In this document: one piece after another, positions 21,219 to 29,834 of the stretch
How positions within the stretch are numbered: the first letter of the stretch is position 1
Layout of the letters: each line of letters starts with the position of its first letter
Assembly: GCA_016183535.1 (NCBI GenBank)
Contig: JACPEK010000003.1
Location: 327-64,326, forward strand
Origin: Candidatus Brennerbacteria bacterium
GTDB taxonomy: Bacteria > Patescibacteriota > Minisyncoccia > UBA6257 > GWB1-50-10
DNA: 64,000 nucleotides
Direction of reading: 5' to 3'
Translations under genes and position numbers: made by a program
The notes under the pieces: generated by a model
Told to the model about the DNA's origin: nothing
The model's input: the letters and a program-made list of their open reading frames with translations, nothing else
Database searches by the model: none

Positions 21219-21312
21219 GGTTTCAAAGTAATAAGCCATATTATTAAATTTTACATTTCCCAAACTTCATGATAAAACATTCTTAGAATCTAAATAATTT
21301 AAGGAGAAAACA

Positions 21313-21819
21313 ATGAAACCATTACTGATTCTTATCTATGGTCCTAACGGCGCCGGTAAAACTACCCTAGCTAGAGCTCTTGCCACAAAATATCGCGGGC
21401 TTCAAATCCAGATCGATACATTCTCAAGTATGGCCCGAGGTAGGTTTTGGCATACACGCCAGAATAATAAAGACAAAATGGTGCTTGTGCTGGGAGTTTT
21501 GGATGCCGCAATGAAAAGTACGAGTCACCGGCGGTTTTTCCTTGAGGGGGTATTAATTTATCCATTTATGTTCAAACTACTCGAGGCCTGGTGTAAGAAA
21601 AATTTCGTGAAGTTTGTTCCAATTTATCTGACCGGAAATCTTGTTGATCTCGATTTCAGAATCAGACACCGGAAAATCTTGAAGAAAAATTGGAATGAGC
21701 ACCTCCCAGAATTTTTCGAGAACTTTCATTATAAGAAAGCTCGAAAAATATCTAGCTCAGGCAAGACATCTCAAGTTGTATTGAAAGAAATTCAAGCAGT
21801 AATTGGAGAAAGGGGGTAG
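21313..21819 (+). CDS. Small P-loop NTPase/kinase-like protein
   Basis: 168 aa; Walker A GPNGAGKTT near the N-terminus; low-GC; first gene of the island operon. Confidence 0.55.
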   Translation: MKPLLILIYGPNGAGKTTLARALATKYRGLQIQIDTFSSMARGRFWHTRQNNKDKMVLVLGVLDAAMKSTSHRRFFLEGVLIYPFMFKLLEAWCKKNFVKFVPIYLTGNLVDLDFRIRHRKILKKNWNEHLPEFFENFHYKKARKISSSGKTSQVVLKEIQAVIGERG

Positions 21820-21822
21820 GCC

Positions 21823-22257
21823 GTGGAATATTCTATGAGCATTCTTAAGCCAGATTGCATCGAGAGAAACATGGAGGGCACCGTGCGAAGAATGTTAACC
21901 GAACACGGCTTCCTCGTTCTCTTAGAAAAGAGGACTAGACTTTCGTTGGACGATGTATCGTTTATCTATGAGAGATGTGTCGGCGAAGATTTTTTTAAGG
22001 ATTTTGCGGCATTTCTCACGTCTGGCGACGTAGTCGTGTTGGTTCTTTCAAATCCTACGTCCAAAAACGTGATAAAAGATTTGAATAGCCTTGTTGGTCA
22101 TACTAATCCTCAGCTTGCAAAAGACTATACCATCAGAAAGCTTGGAGAAAGCGTTCGCCGGAACCTCGTCCACTCATCAGCAGATCCCCCATCTTTTTGG
22201 AGAGAAGCTTCACGGATGTTTTCTGAGAAGGAGATGTGCGATGCGGGTCTTGAATAA
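21823..22257 (+). CDS. Nucleoside diphosphate kinase-like protein (divergent)
   Basis: ILKPD near the N-terminus and NLVHSSAD (NDK His-active-site region NxxHxSD) near the C-terminus; possible alternative start ATG at 21835. Confidence 0.6.
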   Translation: MEYSMSILKPDCIERNMEGTVRRMLTEHGFLVLLEKRTRLSLDDVSFIYERCVGEDFFKDFAAFLTSGDVVVLVLSNPTSKNVIKDLNSLVGHTNPQLAKDYTIRKLGESVRRNLVHSSADPPSFWREASRMFSEKEMCDAGLE

Positions 22258-22291
22258 AAATTCTTGACCCGCTTTTGTTATAATTTTCCAT

Positions 22292-22570
22292 ATGGATCTA
22301 GAAAGATTTGAAAAAGATTTTCAGAAAAAGTTGAAAAGTTATCCGAAAGTGTGGGGTAAAGAGGAACGTATCCTTCACCTCGTGGAGGAGATTGGAGAAT
22401 TTGCTGAAATCACTCTCCAATATAACGGAAGGAAGGAGCCAAAAAGGAACCTTACTGATGTTAAAATTGCCCTTGCCGACGTTCTTGAAGATGTCCTCGC
22501 CCTTTCAGTCCTCTATGATTTAAAGTTTGAAAAGCTTCTAGAGGAGATTATTAATGAAAAAAATAACTAG
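22292..22570 (+). CDS. MazG-like all-alpha nucleoside triphosphate pyrophosphohydrolase (small)
   Basis: 92 aa; EEIGEFAE metal-binding EExxE motif typical of MazG-like NTP-PPases. Confidence 0.6.
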   Translation: MDLERFEKDFQKKLKSYPKVWGKEERILHLVEEIGEFAEITLQYNGRKEPKRNLTDVKIALADVLEDVLALSVLYDLKFEKLLEEIINEKNN

Positions 22571-23342
22571 AGCCACTTACGCTCTAACACTTACTGAAGC
22601 ATTGCGCCTTCTAAGGAAGGAAACGAGCGTTTTGAGAAATTTAGAGTTCATCGCGTTACTTGGTAGCGTAAAGATCAAAGAACACGTTCCGGGATATAGC
22701 GATTTGGATTTGCTTCTTATACTCAAATCTGACGCTAGTGGAGCTTTAGACGAAAAACTTCTTTTAGAGTTGCAAAAAATATGCGCAGATTTGTCGAAAA
22801 CTTATCGAATAAATATCTCGTTTTTGACTCATACAGAAAAAGAATTGGTCGAGTATGTCGACTACGAATATTTGAAACATTATTCATCGGGTAAATTGCT
22901 TTATGGGAAACCAGAATTATTTTCGAAACTTTTTAAAAGGATAATTTCTAGAAAGAAATCCTATGGTAAGAAGCTAGTGAGAGAAATGTTCAAAAGCATT
23001 GTCCATGCCCGCTTTAATCTTATAAGAAAGTTTGTATCTCTAAACAAATTCAATACTAGAAACTATCGGGATGGTTTACTGAAATTATTTATCGATAATT
23101 TGTTTGAAATAGCTGACTGGAGACTCATCGCCGATGAAATCTGGTGCGTTTCTAAAAAAGAAATTGTGAGTAGAATATTTTCGATCTCAAAAAGTCCACA
23201 CAGGGAAATATTGGAAAGCGCGTATAAATATCGCAGAGACTGGAATCATTTGGTTGTTTCCAGTAAACAAGCCAGATCTTTTTTTATTAGTGGGATTAAA
23301 TTTATCAATGACTGCGTTCGTGATCTAGAGAGACGAACATGA
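22554..23342 (+). CDS. Nucleotidyltransferase (Pol-beta superfamily minimal NTase) domain protein
   Basis: GS-x11-DLD motif (LLGSVKIKEHVPGYSDLDLLLIL) followed by a helical C-terminal domain; overlaps MazG by 17 nt and GT4 by 4 nt. Confidence 0.6.
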   Translation: MKKITRATYALTLTEALRLLRKETSVLRNLEFIALLGSVKIKEHVPGYSDLDLLLILKSDASGALDEKLLLELQKICADLSKTYRINISFLTHTEKELVEYVDYEYLKHYSSGKLLYGKPELFSKLFKRIISRKKSYGKKLVREMFKSIVHARFNLIRKFVSLNKFNTRNYRDGLLKLFIDNLFEIADWRLIADEIWCVSKKEIVSRIFSISKSPHREILESAYKYRRDWNHLVVSSKQARSFFISGIKFINDCVRDLERRT

Positions 23343-24442
23343 GAATTGTCTTTGTTTCAAGGTCGCTCCCATATCTTGGAGGGAGGGAGGTTATAGTGGA
23401 GCGATTAATGGAAAAATTAAAATATAGACATCATATTTTATTACTGACGCCGGATGCCGGACTGAAAAGAAGAGGCATTAAAGTCGTTAACATAAATAAA
23501 AACCTAAAAAGAATAGTTGGGGGGTTTAGGCCTGATATTATAAGTTGCCACACGTTTTATTTTTTTAACCTCGCATATAAGCTATCCCGCGCTCTAGATG
23601 TTCCCCTTATTACAACGTTCCATGGAATGTTTTTGAGACTTTATGGCAAAGATTATCGCTCAATAATCAGAAATATTTGTGAAAAAAGCTTCGTCGTTAC
23701 TGTGGTCTCTAGAAACTATAAGGAGGAGCTCATTCGCGCCCTACGAGTCAGCAGGGCAAAAATTTCTGTAATTAAGAATGGTATACCAAAAGGCGAGGTT
23801 TCTCGGATCAATAAAAATATTTTCAAGTTAAAAAATTATATTCCTTTGGACAAAACTCTCGTCGTTGTCCCAGCTCGAACCGATAAGATTAAAGGACTTG
23901 AGTATCTTATTGGAGTTGCAAAAAAAATAAAGAATGGGGGCTTTTTCTTTTTAGTGTGTTCTCCAATCGGACGCCATAACAATTGGGAGAAGTTATTTAT
24001 GAAAAAACTAGTAGAACTCGCCCCTCCTAAAGATGTAATTGACTTCAGAGAATATGCTCATTCAGATTTACAGAAGCTCTTTCACGTCTGCGATATCTGC
24101 CTTCTCCCCTCGCTGATGGAAGGCGTGTCGATTTCAATTCTTGAAGCAATGGAGAAAGGTTGCATTGTAATCACAACCAATGTTGGAGGAAGCCCAGAAG
24201 TCATAAAGAATGGAGTGAACGGATACTTAATTGAACCGAGAAATGTTAAGGAAATTGTGCATGCACTTGAAAGGTGTACTAAACTCACAAAGTTTACTAG
24301 AGAGAAAATAAAAAACAACGCGAGGAAAACTGTACAAACTAGATTTTCCGAGGAAAAGATGTTAAAATCCTACGAAGATTTATTCCTTAAAGTAATCAAG
24401 AGGCATGAAAATAAGCAACGACGCACAAGCGGTAGTTTATAA
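23339..24442 (+). CDS. Glycosyltransferase family 4 (GT-B, group 1)
   Basis: C-terminal EGVSISILEAMEKGCIVITTNVGGSPEVIKNGVNGYL matches the GT1/GT4 EX7E region. Confidence 0.75.
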   Translation: MRIVFVSRSLPYLGGREVIVERLMEKLKYRHHILLLTPDAGLKRRGIKVVNINKNLKRIVGGFRPDIISCHTFYFFNLAYKLSRALDVPLITTFHGMFLRLYGKDYRSIIRNICEKSFVVTVVSRNYKEELIRALRVSRAKISVIKNGIPKGEVSRINKNIFKLKNYIPLDKTLVVVPARTDKIKGLEYLIGVAKKIKNGGFFFLVCSPIGRHNNWEKLFMKKLVELAPPKDVIDFREYAHSDLQKLFHVCDICLLPSLMEGVSISILEAMEKGCIVITTNVGGSPEVIKNGVNGYLIEPRNVKEIVHALERCTKLTKFTREKIKNNARKTVQTRFSEEKMLKSYEDLFLKVIKRHENKQRRTSGSL

Positions 24443-24839
24443 GCAAGGAGATCAGGGGTTGTTGTTTCTTGTGTTGAAGCGTTTTGATCCGGATAAGAAT
24501 GAGACTCATTATCGACTGATAAAGGGAAGGATTAAAGAAAAAGAAGGTGAAACTTCCGAAGTAGCGGTTTTGAGAGAAATAAAGGAAGAAGCTGGACTTA
24601 CTAAGTTGAGAATCGTTTCAAAAATTCCTAGTTATTCTTATGAAGCGGGCGATGTCAGACATGAAGTAAGCGTCTTTCTAGTAGAAAACACTGCGGAAGA
24701 GTTGGTAAGTGTTGACTCCAGCGAAGAAGGTGCGTTTACCATAGAAGGCGCAACGTGGTTTAGGGTGGAGGATATAGCAACGAAGTTAAACTTCGAGGTA
24801 GAGCGAGCGGCGATTCGGGAGGGATTAAAGCTCGTTTAG
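24405..24839 (+). CDS. Nudix hydrolase
   Basis: Nudix box GRIKEKEGETSEVAVLREIKEEAGL (G-x5-E-x7-REVxEExGU); start overlaps GT4 by 38 nt. Confidence 0.7.
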   Translation: MKISNDAQAVVYKQGDQGLLFLVLKRFDPDKNETHYRLIKGRIKEKEGETSEVAVLREIKEEAGLTKLRIVSKIPSYSYEAGDVRHEVSVFLVENTAEELVSVDSSEEGAFTIEGATWFRVEDIATKLNFEVERAAIREGLKLV

Positions 24840-25859
24840 AATATTTTTAATGGCGTTTTCGCTCGACTGCGAGCGGAATAATTTCACATTCTTTAAGAAA
24901 TTTGGGTGAGAGTTTTCCTCGAATCTTCCCTCGAAATCTATAACAAAAACCCTCTTTAGTAAGCTACTTGCTATCTGTATCAAGCTTCCTTCCGCGCCAA
25001 CTGCGGTGTGACAACTTGCAAGCTCAATTAGTGTTTCTCGATAGCTTAGCCTATTCACAAAGTTTATAACCTTAGGGGAAACCCTGATGGCTCCATTCCC
25101 TTTTCCTAAGAGTGCAACGGCGTTCCTTCTTTTGTTGATTTTATGAACCAAACTCTCTGTTTTCTCAAAACTTTTTGAGGTATCTTCGACACCGGCGATT
25201 ACCCCGATCCTCTTGTGCTTCCTTTTTGAATATATCAACTCCTTTTCATTGGTGGAAAAAAATATTTTTGGCTCGTATTCGTAAAACTTAGTTCCAAGGT
25301 AATGTTCGGAAAGTTTTTGCCACGCTAAAGTATTTCCAAATTTACCAAAGATATCTCGCCACGCTTTAAGATCCCTATCAAACACGATCACTGCCGCTCT
25401 TAAAGAAAAAAGCATCAGCAACGTTTCTCTTAATGTATCTCTTCCAAGGCCAACAAGAATACAGTTCCCCCTTATAAATTGGAATCTACTTCGAAACGAC
25501 CAAATGTGAATCGAATCAATGTTGGGATTATTCTCTAGTATTTGCGCATGTCCTCGAGTAGTTAAAATAGAAACCCGATACCCATCCCTTTTCCAATTTT
25601 CAAAAAGACCTGTCTGGAAAAAAATATCCCCATATCCCTGCTTCAACGGTTCCACAAATAATATGTTCTTTATGCCTCGTAAATTACTCTTTTTGGGGAT
25701 AAACCATATGAACGCGGTGAGTATAATATCCCTTAATACAAAGAACAGCATGAAGATCAAAGCATAGAAAAACCCTTTCTTTTTCCTGATCTTATGGTAC
25801 TTTCTCCTGATCCTTTCCAGATACGTTATGTGCATATGTTCGGTAATATTATCCGACAT
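24825..25859 (-). CDS. Glycosyltransferase family 9-like (heptosyltransferase-like)
   Basis: 344 aa; N-terminal ILFVEPLKQGYGDIFFQTGLFENWKR...NNPNIDSI resembles GT9 ADP-heptose:LPS heptosyltransferases; low-GC. Confidence 0.55.
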   Translation of the reverse strand: MSDNITEHMHITYLERIRRKYHKIRKKKGFFYALIFMLFFVLRDIILTAFIWFIPKKSNLRGIKNILFVEPLKQGYGDIFFQTGLFENWKRDGYRVSILTTRGHAQILENNPNIDSIHIWSFRSRFQFIRGNCILVGLGRDTLRETLLMLFSLRAAVIVFDRDLKAWRDIFGKFGNTLAWQKLSEHYLGTKFYEYEPKIFFSTNEKELIYSKRKHKRIGVIAGVEDTSKSFEKTESLVHKINKRRNAVALLGKGNGAIRVSPKVINFVNRLSYRETLIELASCHTAVGAEGSLIQIASSLLKRVFVIDFEGRFEENSHPNFLKNVKLFRSQSSENAIKNILNEL

Positions 25860-25861
25860 GC

Positions 25862-26134
25862 ATGCTACTTACTCAACATGAATATTCGCAGAACTACCCG
25901 AACCCGTTCAATCCAACGACGACCATCGCCTTCTCGCTTCCCGACCGAAGCCATGTACGCCTCGCGGTGTACAATGCGCTCGGCGAGGAAGTCGCGGCCT
26001 TGGTGGACGAGGAAATCGCGGCCGGCACCCACAAGACCACGTGGGACGCCTCCGGACTCCCGAGCGGCATCTACTTTGTGCGAATGAATGCTCACACATT
26101 CACCGCCACGAAGAAGATGGTGTTACTGAAGTAG
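25862..26134 (+). pseudogene. Orphan T9SS C-terminal sorting domain fragment (5'-truncated cargo gene)
   Basis: 90-aa ORF is essentially only NYPNPFNPTTTIAFSLPDRSHVRLAVYN...GLPSGIYFVRM...KKMVLLK; high-GC, abutting a low-GC gene with a junction near 25885. Confidence 0.7.
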
Positions 26135-26144
26135 ATTTATTTAA

Positions 26145-26178
26145 AGAGCCGATTGCACATGCAATTGGCTCTTTTTTG
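26145..26178 (+). terminator. Rho-independent terminator after the orphan CTD fragment
   Basis: agagccgattgca / tgcaattggctct hairpin followed by TTTTTTG. Confidence 0.65.
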
Positions 26179-26196
26179 CGGGGCACTAATTTTTTA

Positions 26197-26916
26197 TTAT
26201 TCCTCTAAAAACCACCTTGCCGGCAATGGCCCACCGGATTTTTTATAGATATGCTTTACCAAACCAGAAAGAATCATTTTTTTAATCTCAATACTGCTCG
26301 CTTTATAAAAATGTTCAACTTGGTTAGAAAATTTTCTATCCGTTCTTTTTAAAATCTTCCGCATCTCGTTCGGTTGTCTTAAAAACTCTCCGCTTAACTT
26401 AAGGAACAATTCCACAATGTTGGTGATCAATAAATGGCTGTCGATGCCAAATGCCAAATAATCTTTGCCTTTAATGTCACGTTGAACCTCCCCCCAAAAA
26501 TCATCAATGGAGTATTTGTGCATTAAAACCTCTCCATTTTTATATTTAGCTTTTAACTTCAGATTGTCTCTAGCAACTATTTGGATTCTCTCTAAGCTCC
26601 GCCGTCTTTGAAAGAGAATCCTGCCGTGCGCCAGCATATGTGAGGTTATTCTTCTCAGGCCATTTCTATCCTCCTTAAGATATTTTTTAGCTTCCGCCCA
26701 TGTATTAAAAATAATGTCCACACGAACCCCGTTTTTGATAAAATTACTTCTGGAAAATTTACCACTTTGGCTCAAGAGGATATATATGTCAACGTCCGAA
26801 TATGTATCAAATTTATTTCTTGCCACAGATCCGAATAGTAAAATACCCAAGACATTTTTGTCCGGTTTATATTGATCTACTACTTCGCTGCAAATTTTTT
26901 GGATGAACTTCTCCAT
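26197..26916 (-). CDS. Nucleotidyltransferase domain protein (Pol-beta superfamily, paralogous class to 22554..23342)
   Basis: LFGSVARNKFDTYSDVDIYILL GS-x9-DVD NTase motif; 239 aa; low-GC. Confidence 0.65.
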   Translation of the reverse strand: MEKFIQKICSEVVDQYKPDKNVLGILLFGSVARNKFDTYSDVDIYILLSQSGKFSRSNFIKNGVRVDIIFNTWAEAKKYLKEDRNGLRRITSHMLAHGRILFQRRRSLERIQIVARDNLKLKAKYKNGEVLMHKYSIDDFWGEVQRDIKGKDYLAFGIDSHLLITNIVELFLKLSGEFLRQPNEMRKILKRTDRKFSNQVEHFYKASSIEIKKMILSGLVKHIYKKSGGPLPARWFLEE

Positions 26917-26978
26917 AAATAAAAATAGGGCTAAGGTAAGTATAAAACTTTTCCTTAGCCCCGCGAAGTCGTCACCCT

Positions 26979-27080
26979 CTAGTGGCAGTTGCTGGGGCTT
27001 TGACAGGTGCAGAACACCTTTAGCTTCGGCAGTGCCTTGACTTTGAGGATCGGCTGCTGTTTGAGCTTCGTCTTCTGCAT
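26979..27080 (-). CDS. Putative RiPP precursor peptide (33 aa, Lys-rich leader, C-terminal C-x-C-x6-C)
   Basis: GGAAAGGAGG RBS, then ATG 5 nt after the rSAM stop codon; MQKTKLKQQPILKVKALPKLKVFCTCQSPSNCH; same strand and immediately downstream of the rSAM/SPASM enzyme. Confidence 0.55.
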   Translation of the reverse strand: MQKTKLKQQPILKVKALPKLKVFCTCQSPSNCH

Positions 27081-27085
27081 AGCAT

Positions 27086-28525
27086 TCACCTCCTTTCCGT
27101 TGCAGGTTGGAGAAGTTCCGGCCCTGACGCCGTCGCTTCCCGCAGTTGTTCTCGAAGAATCTCGTGGGTCATACGGCGGTAGAAGTCGCACATTCGTTCG
27201 ATCTTGACGGTTTTCGTCGCCCGAGCGAACTCTTGCGTAATGTTGCAACCACCACCGCACTGCCCTTCGATCATGCACCCTTTACACATTTCCATTACTC
27301 CGGTGAGATGATCTCTCACAAAGCGATGATAGGCGGTGCCTGACGCATGAAACGACTGGATTTCCGAGAGACTCCCGAGTTGGGTCGTGCTGTAGCCACA
27401 TCCGTAGATGTTTCCGGACGGGCCTACGCACATGCTGTTGCCGCGGACTGCGCCGCAGAACGCGACACGGCTTTCGAGCGTTGATCCGTTAAGATTCTCG
27501 GCTGGCCGTGACCAGAAGCCGGGAACATCAACGCCTCGTGCCGCCGCGTAGCGCCGAATCCGCATCAGCTTTGCGACGACATCTTCAATCGGAATTTCCA
27601 CCATATCGACAACGTCGATATCAATCCTGACGTTCTTCATGCCGCGGGTTACTGCCCAGTCGACAATCGACTCGTCAAGTTCGTGAAAATTCTTTTCGGT
27701 GACTGTCACCGCGATGCCATCGAGTGGATACCCCGCTTGCGCCAACGCATCGAATCCACGCATTATTTGGGAGAATGTACCGCCCCCAGACTTCGTCAAG
27801 CGGACGTGATCATTTCCCTCGCGCAAGCCGTCGAGACTAGAAGCAATCTCGACGCGATGTTCTTTGAGAATCGCGGCGATATCTGGCGTAATGAGTGACG
27901 CGTTCGTGTTGATCGAGAAGTGAAACTCGAATTCCGAACCATAGGCGATACGGCAGTATTCAAACATCTGCTTGATGACTGGCCACGCCAACAGCGGTTC
28001 GCCTCCACCAAAGTTGATCTCGGCGACACGCTTTCCATGACCGCGAAGAATCTCGAGATACCGATCCACCGTTTCCTTGGCTGTGTCATACCGCATAAAC
28101 TTTTTGGGGTTGTTGATGCGGTCAGAAGTTTCCAAGTTGTTAAAGTGGATGCAATAGGTGCAACGGAAGTTGCACGCCTCACTCATGATGAGCTCGAGAT
28201 AATCAATCAGCGAACCGCTGATAATTTCCTTTTCCCCTTCTCGCATCCGCTCTTCGAGAAATGCTCGGTCATCGAAACCCTCTGGAACAAGGAAATGACA
28301 CTGCAAAAATTCCTCAATTGCTTCCCGATTTTCGTCGGTCAACTCATTGCCGACCTGTGAACGAACCGTTATCGGCTCGGAGAACGACTCAAGAAATTCG
28401 AGCGTCTCAACGGGAACAACTCTTGGGTATCCAAACAGTGAGTGCCAAATCACCGCAGAGTCGCCATCTAGAACGGCCTGCACGAACGGCGACTTCGTGT
28501 AAGCGACATTAAGGTTAAGTGCCAT
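27086..28525 (-). CDS. Radical SAM / SPASM-domain peptide-modifying enzyme
   Basis: CNFRCTYC (CxxxCxxC) radical-SAM cluster motif near residue 125; Cys-rich SPASM region CGAVRGNSMCVGPSGNIYGCGYS...CKGCMIEGQCGGGCN; about 100-aa N-terminal extension that could be an RRE-like domain. Confidence 0.8.
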   Translation of the reverse strand: MALNLNVAYTKSPFVQAVLDGDSAVIWHSLFGYPRVVPVETLEFLESFSEPITVRSQVGNELTDENREAIEEFLQCHFLVPEGFDDRAFLEERMREGEKEIISGSLIDYLELIMSEACNFRCTYCIHFNNLETSDRINNPKKFMRYDTAKETVDRYLEILRGHGKRVAEINFGGGEPLLAWPVIKQMFEYCRIAYGSEFEFHFSINTNASLITPDIAAILKEHRVEIASSLDGLREGNDHVRLTKSGGGTFSQIMRGFDALAQAGYPLDGIAVTVTEKNFHELDESIVDWAVTRGMKNVRIDIDVVDMVEIPIEDVVAKLMRIRRYAAARGVDVPGFWSRPAENLNGSTLESRVAFCGAVRGNSMCVGPSGNIYGCGYSTTQLGSLSEIQSFHASGTAYHRFVRDHLTGVMEMCKGCMIEGQCGGGCNITQEFARATKTVKIERMCDFYRRMTHEILREQLREATASGPELLQPATERR

Positions 28526-28648
28526 TGCAGGCTCCTTTCTTTGTTTTTTAAACGATTCAACAGATTTCTTTGTTATCTACAGAATGACAATTATTATAAT
28601 ACTTGTCAAATCGCATAATGTTTCTCCATTATCAAGATATCTTTACGG

Positions 28649-28727
28649 CATCTACTTCTATCGCTTGGAGACCGATTCGCCAGCTGGCGGATTCACGGCC
28701 GTAAAGAAGATGATCCTACTAAAGTAG
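28649..28727 (+). pseudogene. Remnant of a T9SS CTD 3' end (..GIYFYRLETDSPAGGFTAVKKMILLK*)
   Basis: In-frame match to the last about 25 aa of CTD copies, with an extra SPAGG coded by the palindrome CGCCAGCTGGCG; followed by terminator copy 2. Confidence 0.6.
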
Positions 28728-28737
28728 CTTTATTAAA

Positions 28738-28776
28738 GGGCTTGATACAAATGTATCAAGCCCTTTTGCGTTTTGT
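28738..28776 (+). terminator. Rho-independent terminator, repeat copy 2
   Basis: gggcttgatacaaatgtatcaagccc plus TTTTGCGTTTTG; near-identical to copies 1 and 3. Confidence 0.8.
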
Positions 28777-28801
28777 TTGGATGTAGTACTATGAAATCGA
28801 A

Positions 28802-28993
28802 ATGGCCACCGCAACTTTTCTCCAAAAGCTGAATACGGAATTGAAACGCATCGTTGCGCACGCGGTGCTTGATACCCTTACTGACCCCGATCTCGGCGCA
28901 GAACTCACCCTGCATGCCAAGCGACGTCTGCGCGCGGCCGCTCGCGGACGAAGCGTTGCCACGCTCGCGGAGATAAAAAAGAAACATTACTGA
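28802..28993 (+). CDS. Putative type II antitoxin (addiction-module component, TIGR02574-like) paired with the RelE/ParE toxin
   Basis: 63 aa; stop overlaps the toxin start (ATGA); position and size typical of an antitoxin. Confidence 0.5.
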   Translation: MATATFLQKLNTELKRIVAHAVLDTLTDPDLGAELTLHAKRRLRAAARGRSVATLAEIKKKHY

Positions 28994-29265
28994 TGGGCAG
29001 ATGGTCGCTCGGGTTCACGCGGAGTGCTGAGGAGGACCTCGCGCAATTGGATCGGCCGGTCCGTCGCCGCATTATCGACAAACTCGAATGGCTATCGGCA
29101 CACTTCGATGGAATTATCCCCTCGGCGCTACATGCGGAGTTCCGCGAGTTCTACAAACTTCGGGTGGGCGACTGGCGTGTCGTTTATAAAATCGAGTGGC
29201 GCAAATACTCCATCATGATTTGCTACATTGACCGCCGCGACCGGGTATACAAAAAAGGAAGGTAG
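28993..29265 (+). CDS. RelE/ParE family type II toxin
   Basis: 90 aa; YKLRVGDWRVVYKIE...IMICYIDRRDRVY matches the RelE/ParE core. Confidence 0.7.
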   Translation: MGRWSLGFTRSAEEDLAQLDRPVRRRIIDKLEWLSAHFDGIIPSALHAEFREFYKLRVGDWRVVYKIEWRKYSIMICYIDRRDRVYKKGR

Positions 29266-29267
29266 TT

Positions 29268-29597
29268 ATAGACACCGCTCTCAAACGGCTTGCCACCGTT
29301 CGTGTCGAGGAGGGTGACTTCTCGCCGCTTCCTACCCACTACTCACTGGGACAAAACTACCCGAACCCATTCAATCCCACGACCACGATCACCTTCTCAC
29401 TTCCCGACCGAAGCCACGTACGCCTCACGGTGTACAATGCGATTGGTCAGGAAGTCGTGAAGTTGGTTGACGAGGAGGTCTCCGCAGGCACCCACAAAAC
29501 AACGTGGGACGCCTCCGGCCTCCCGAGCGGCATCTATTTCTATCGTTTGGAAACGAAGCAATTCATCCAAACGAGGAAGACTATGTTCATGAAGTAG
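29268..29597 (+). pseudogene. 5'-truncated T9SS cargo gene fragment (linker plus complete CTD)
   Basis: Reading frame open from 29268 with no start codon; ..HYSLGQNYPNPFNPTTTITFSLPDRSHVRLTVYNAIGQEVVKLVDEEVSAGTHKTTWDASGLPSGIYFYRLETKQFIQTRKTMFMK*; followed by a hairpin terminator at 29611-29645. Confidence 0.65.
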
Positions 29598-29746
29598 ATT
29601 TATTGATTCGAAAGCCCTGTACAATACGCATGGGGCTTTTTGTGGCGCTGTTCGATAACTGTTGAAAAGCTTTGATTATGCGAGCACGGGCAAATCAGGG
29701 AATCAAGTAAAATGGAGGGTTATCGAACGGCCCCTTTTTGATTGAT

Positions 29747-29775
29747 TTGACAAACTGGCACCCGCACACTTTAAT
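29747..29775 (+). promoter_or_regulatory. Sigma70-like promoter TTGACA-17-TTTAAT upstream of the DUF397 gene
   Basis: -35 at 29747-29752, 17-nt spacer, -10 at 29770-29775; AAGGAGGTG RBS at about 29817. Confidence 0.45.
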
Positions 29776-29834
29776 GTAACTAGGTTATTTCCGAGAGGAA
29801 AATTTAAAATCTAGATAAGGAGGTGAGAAAGACG

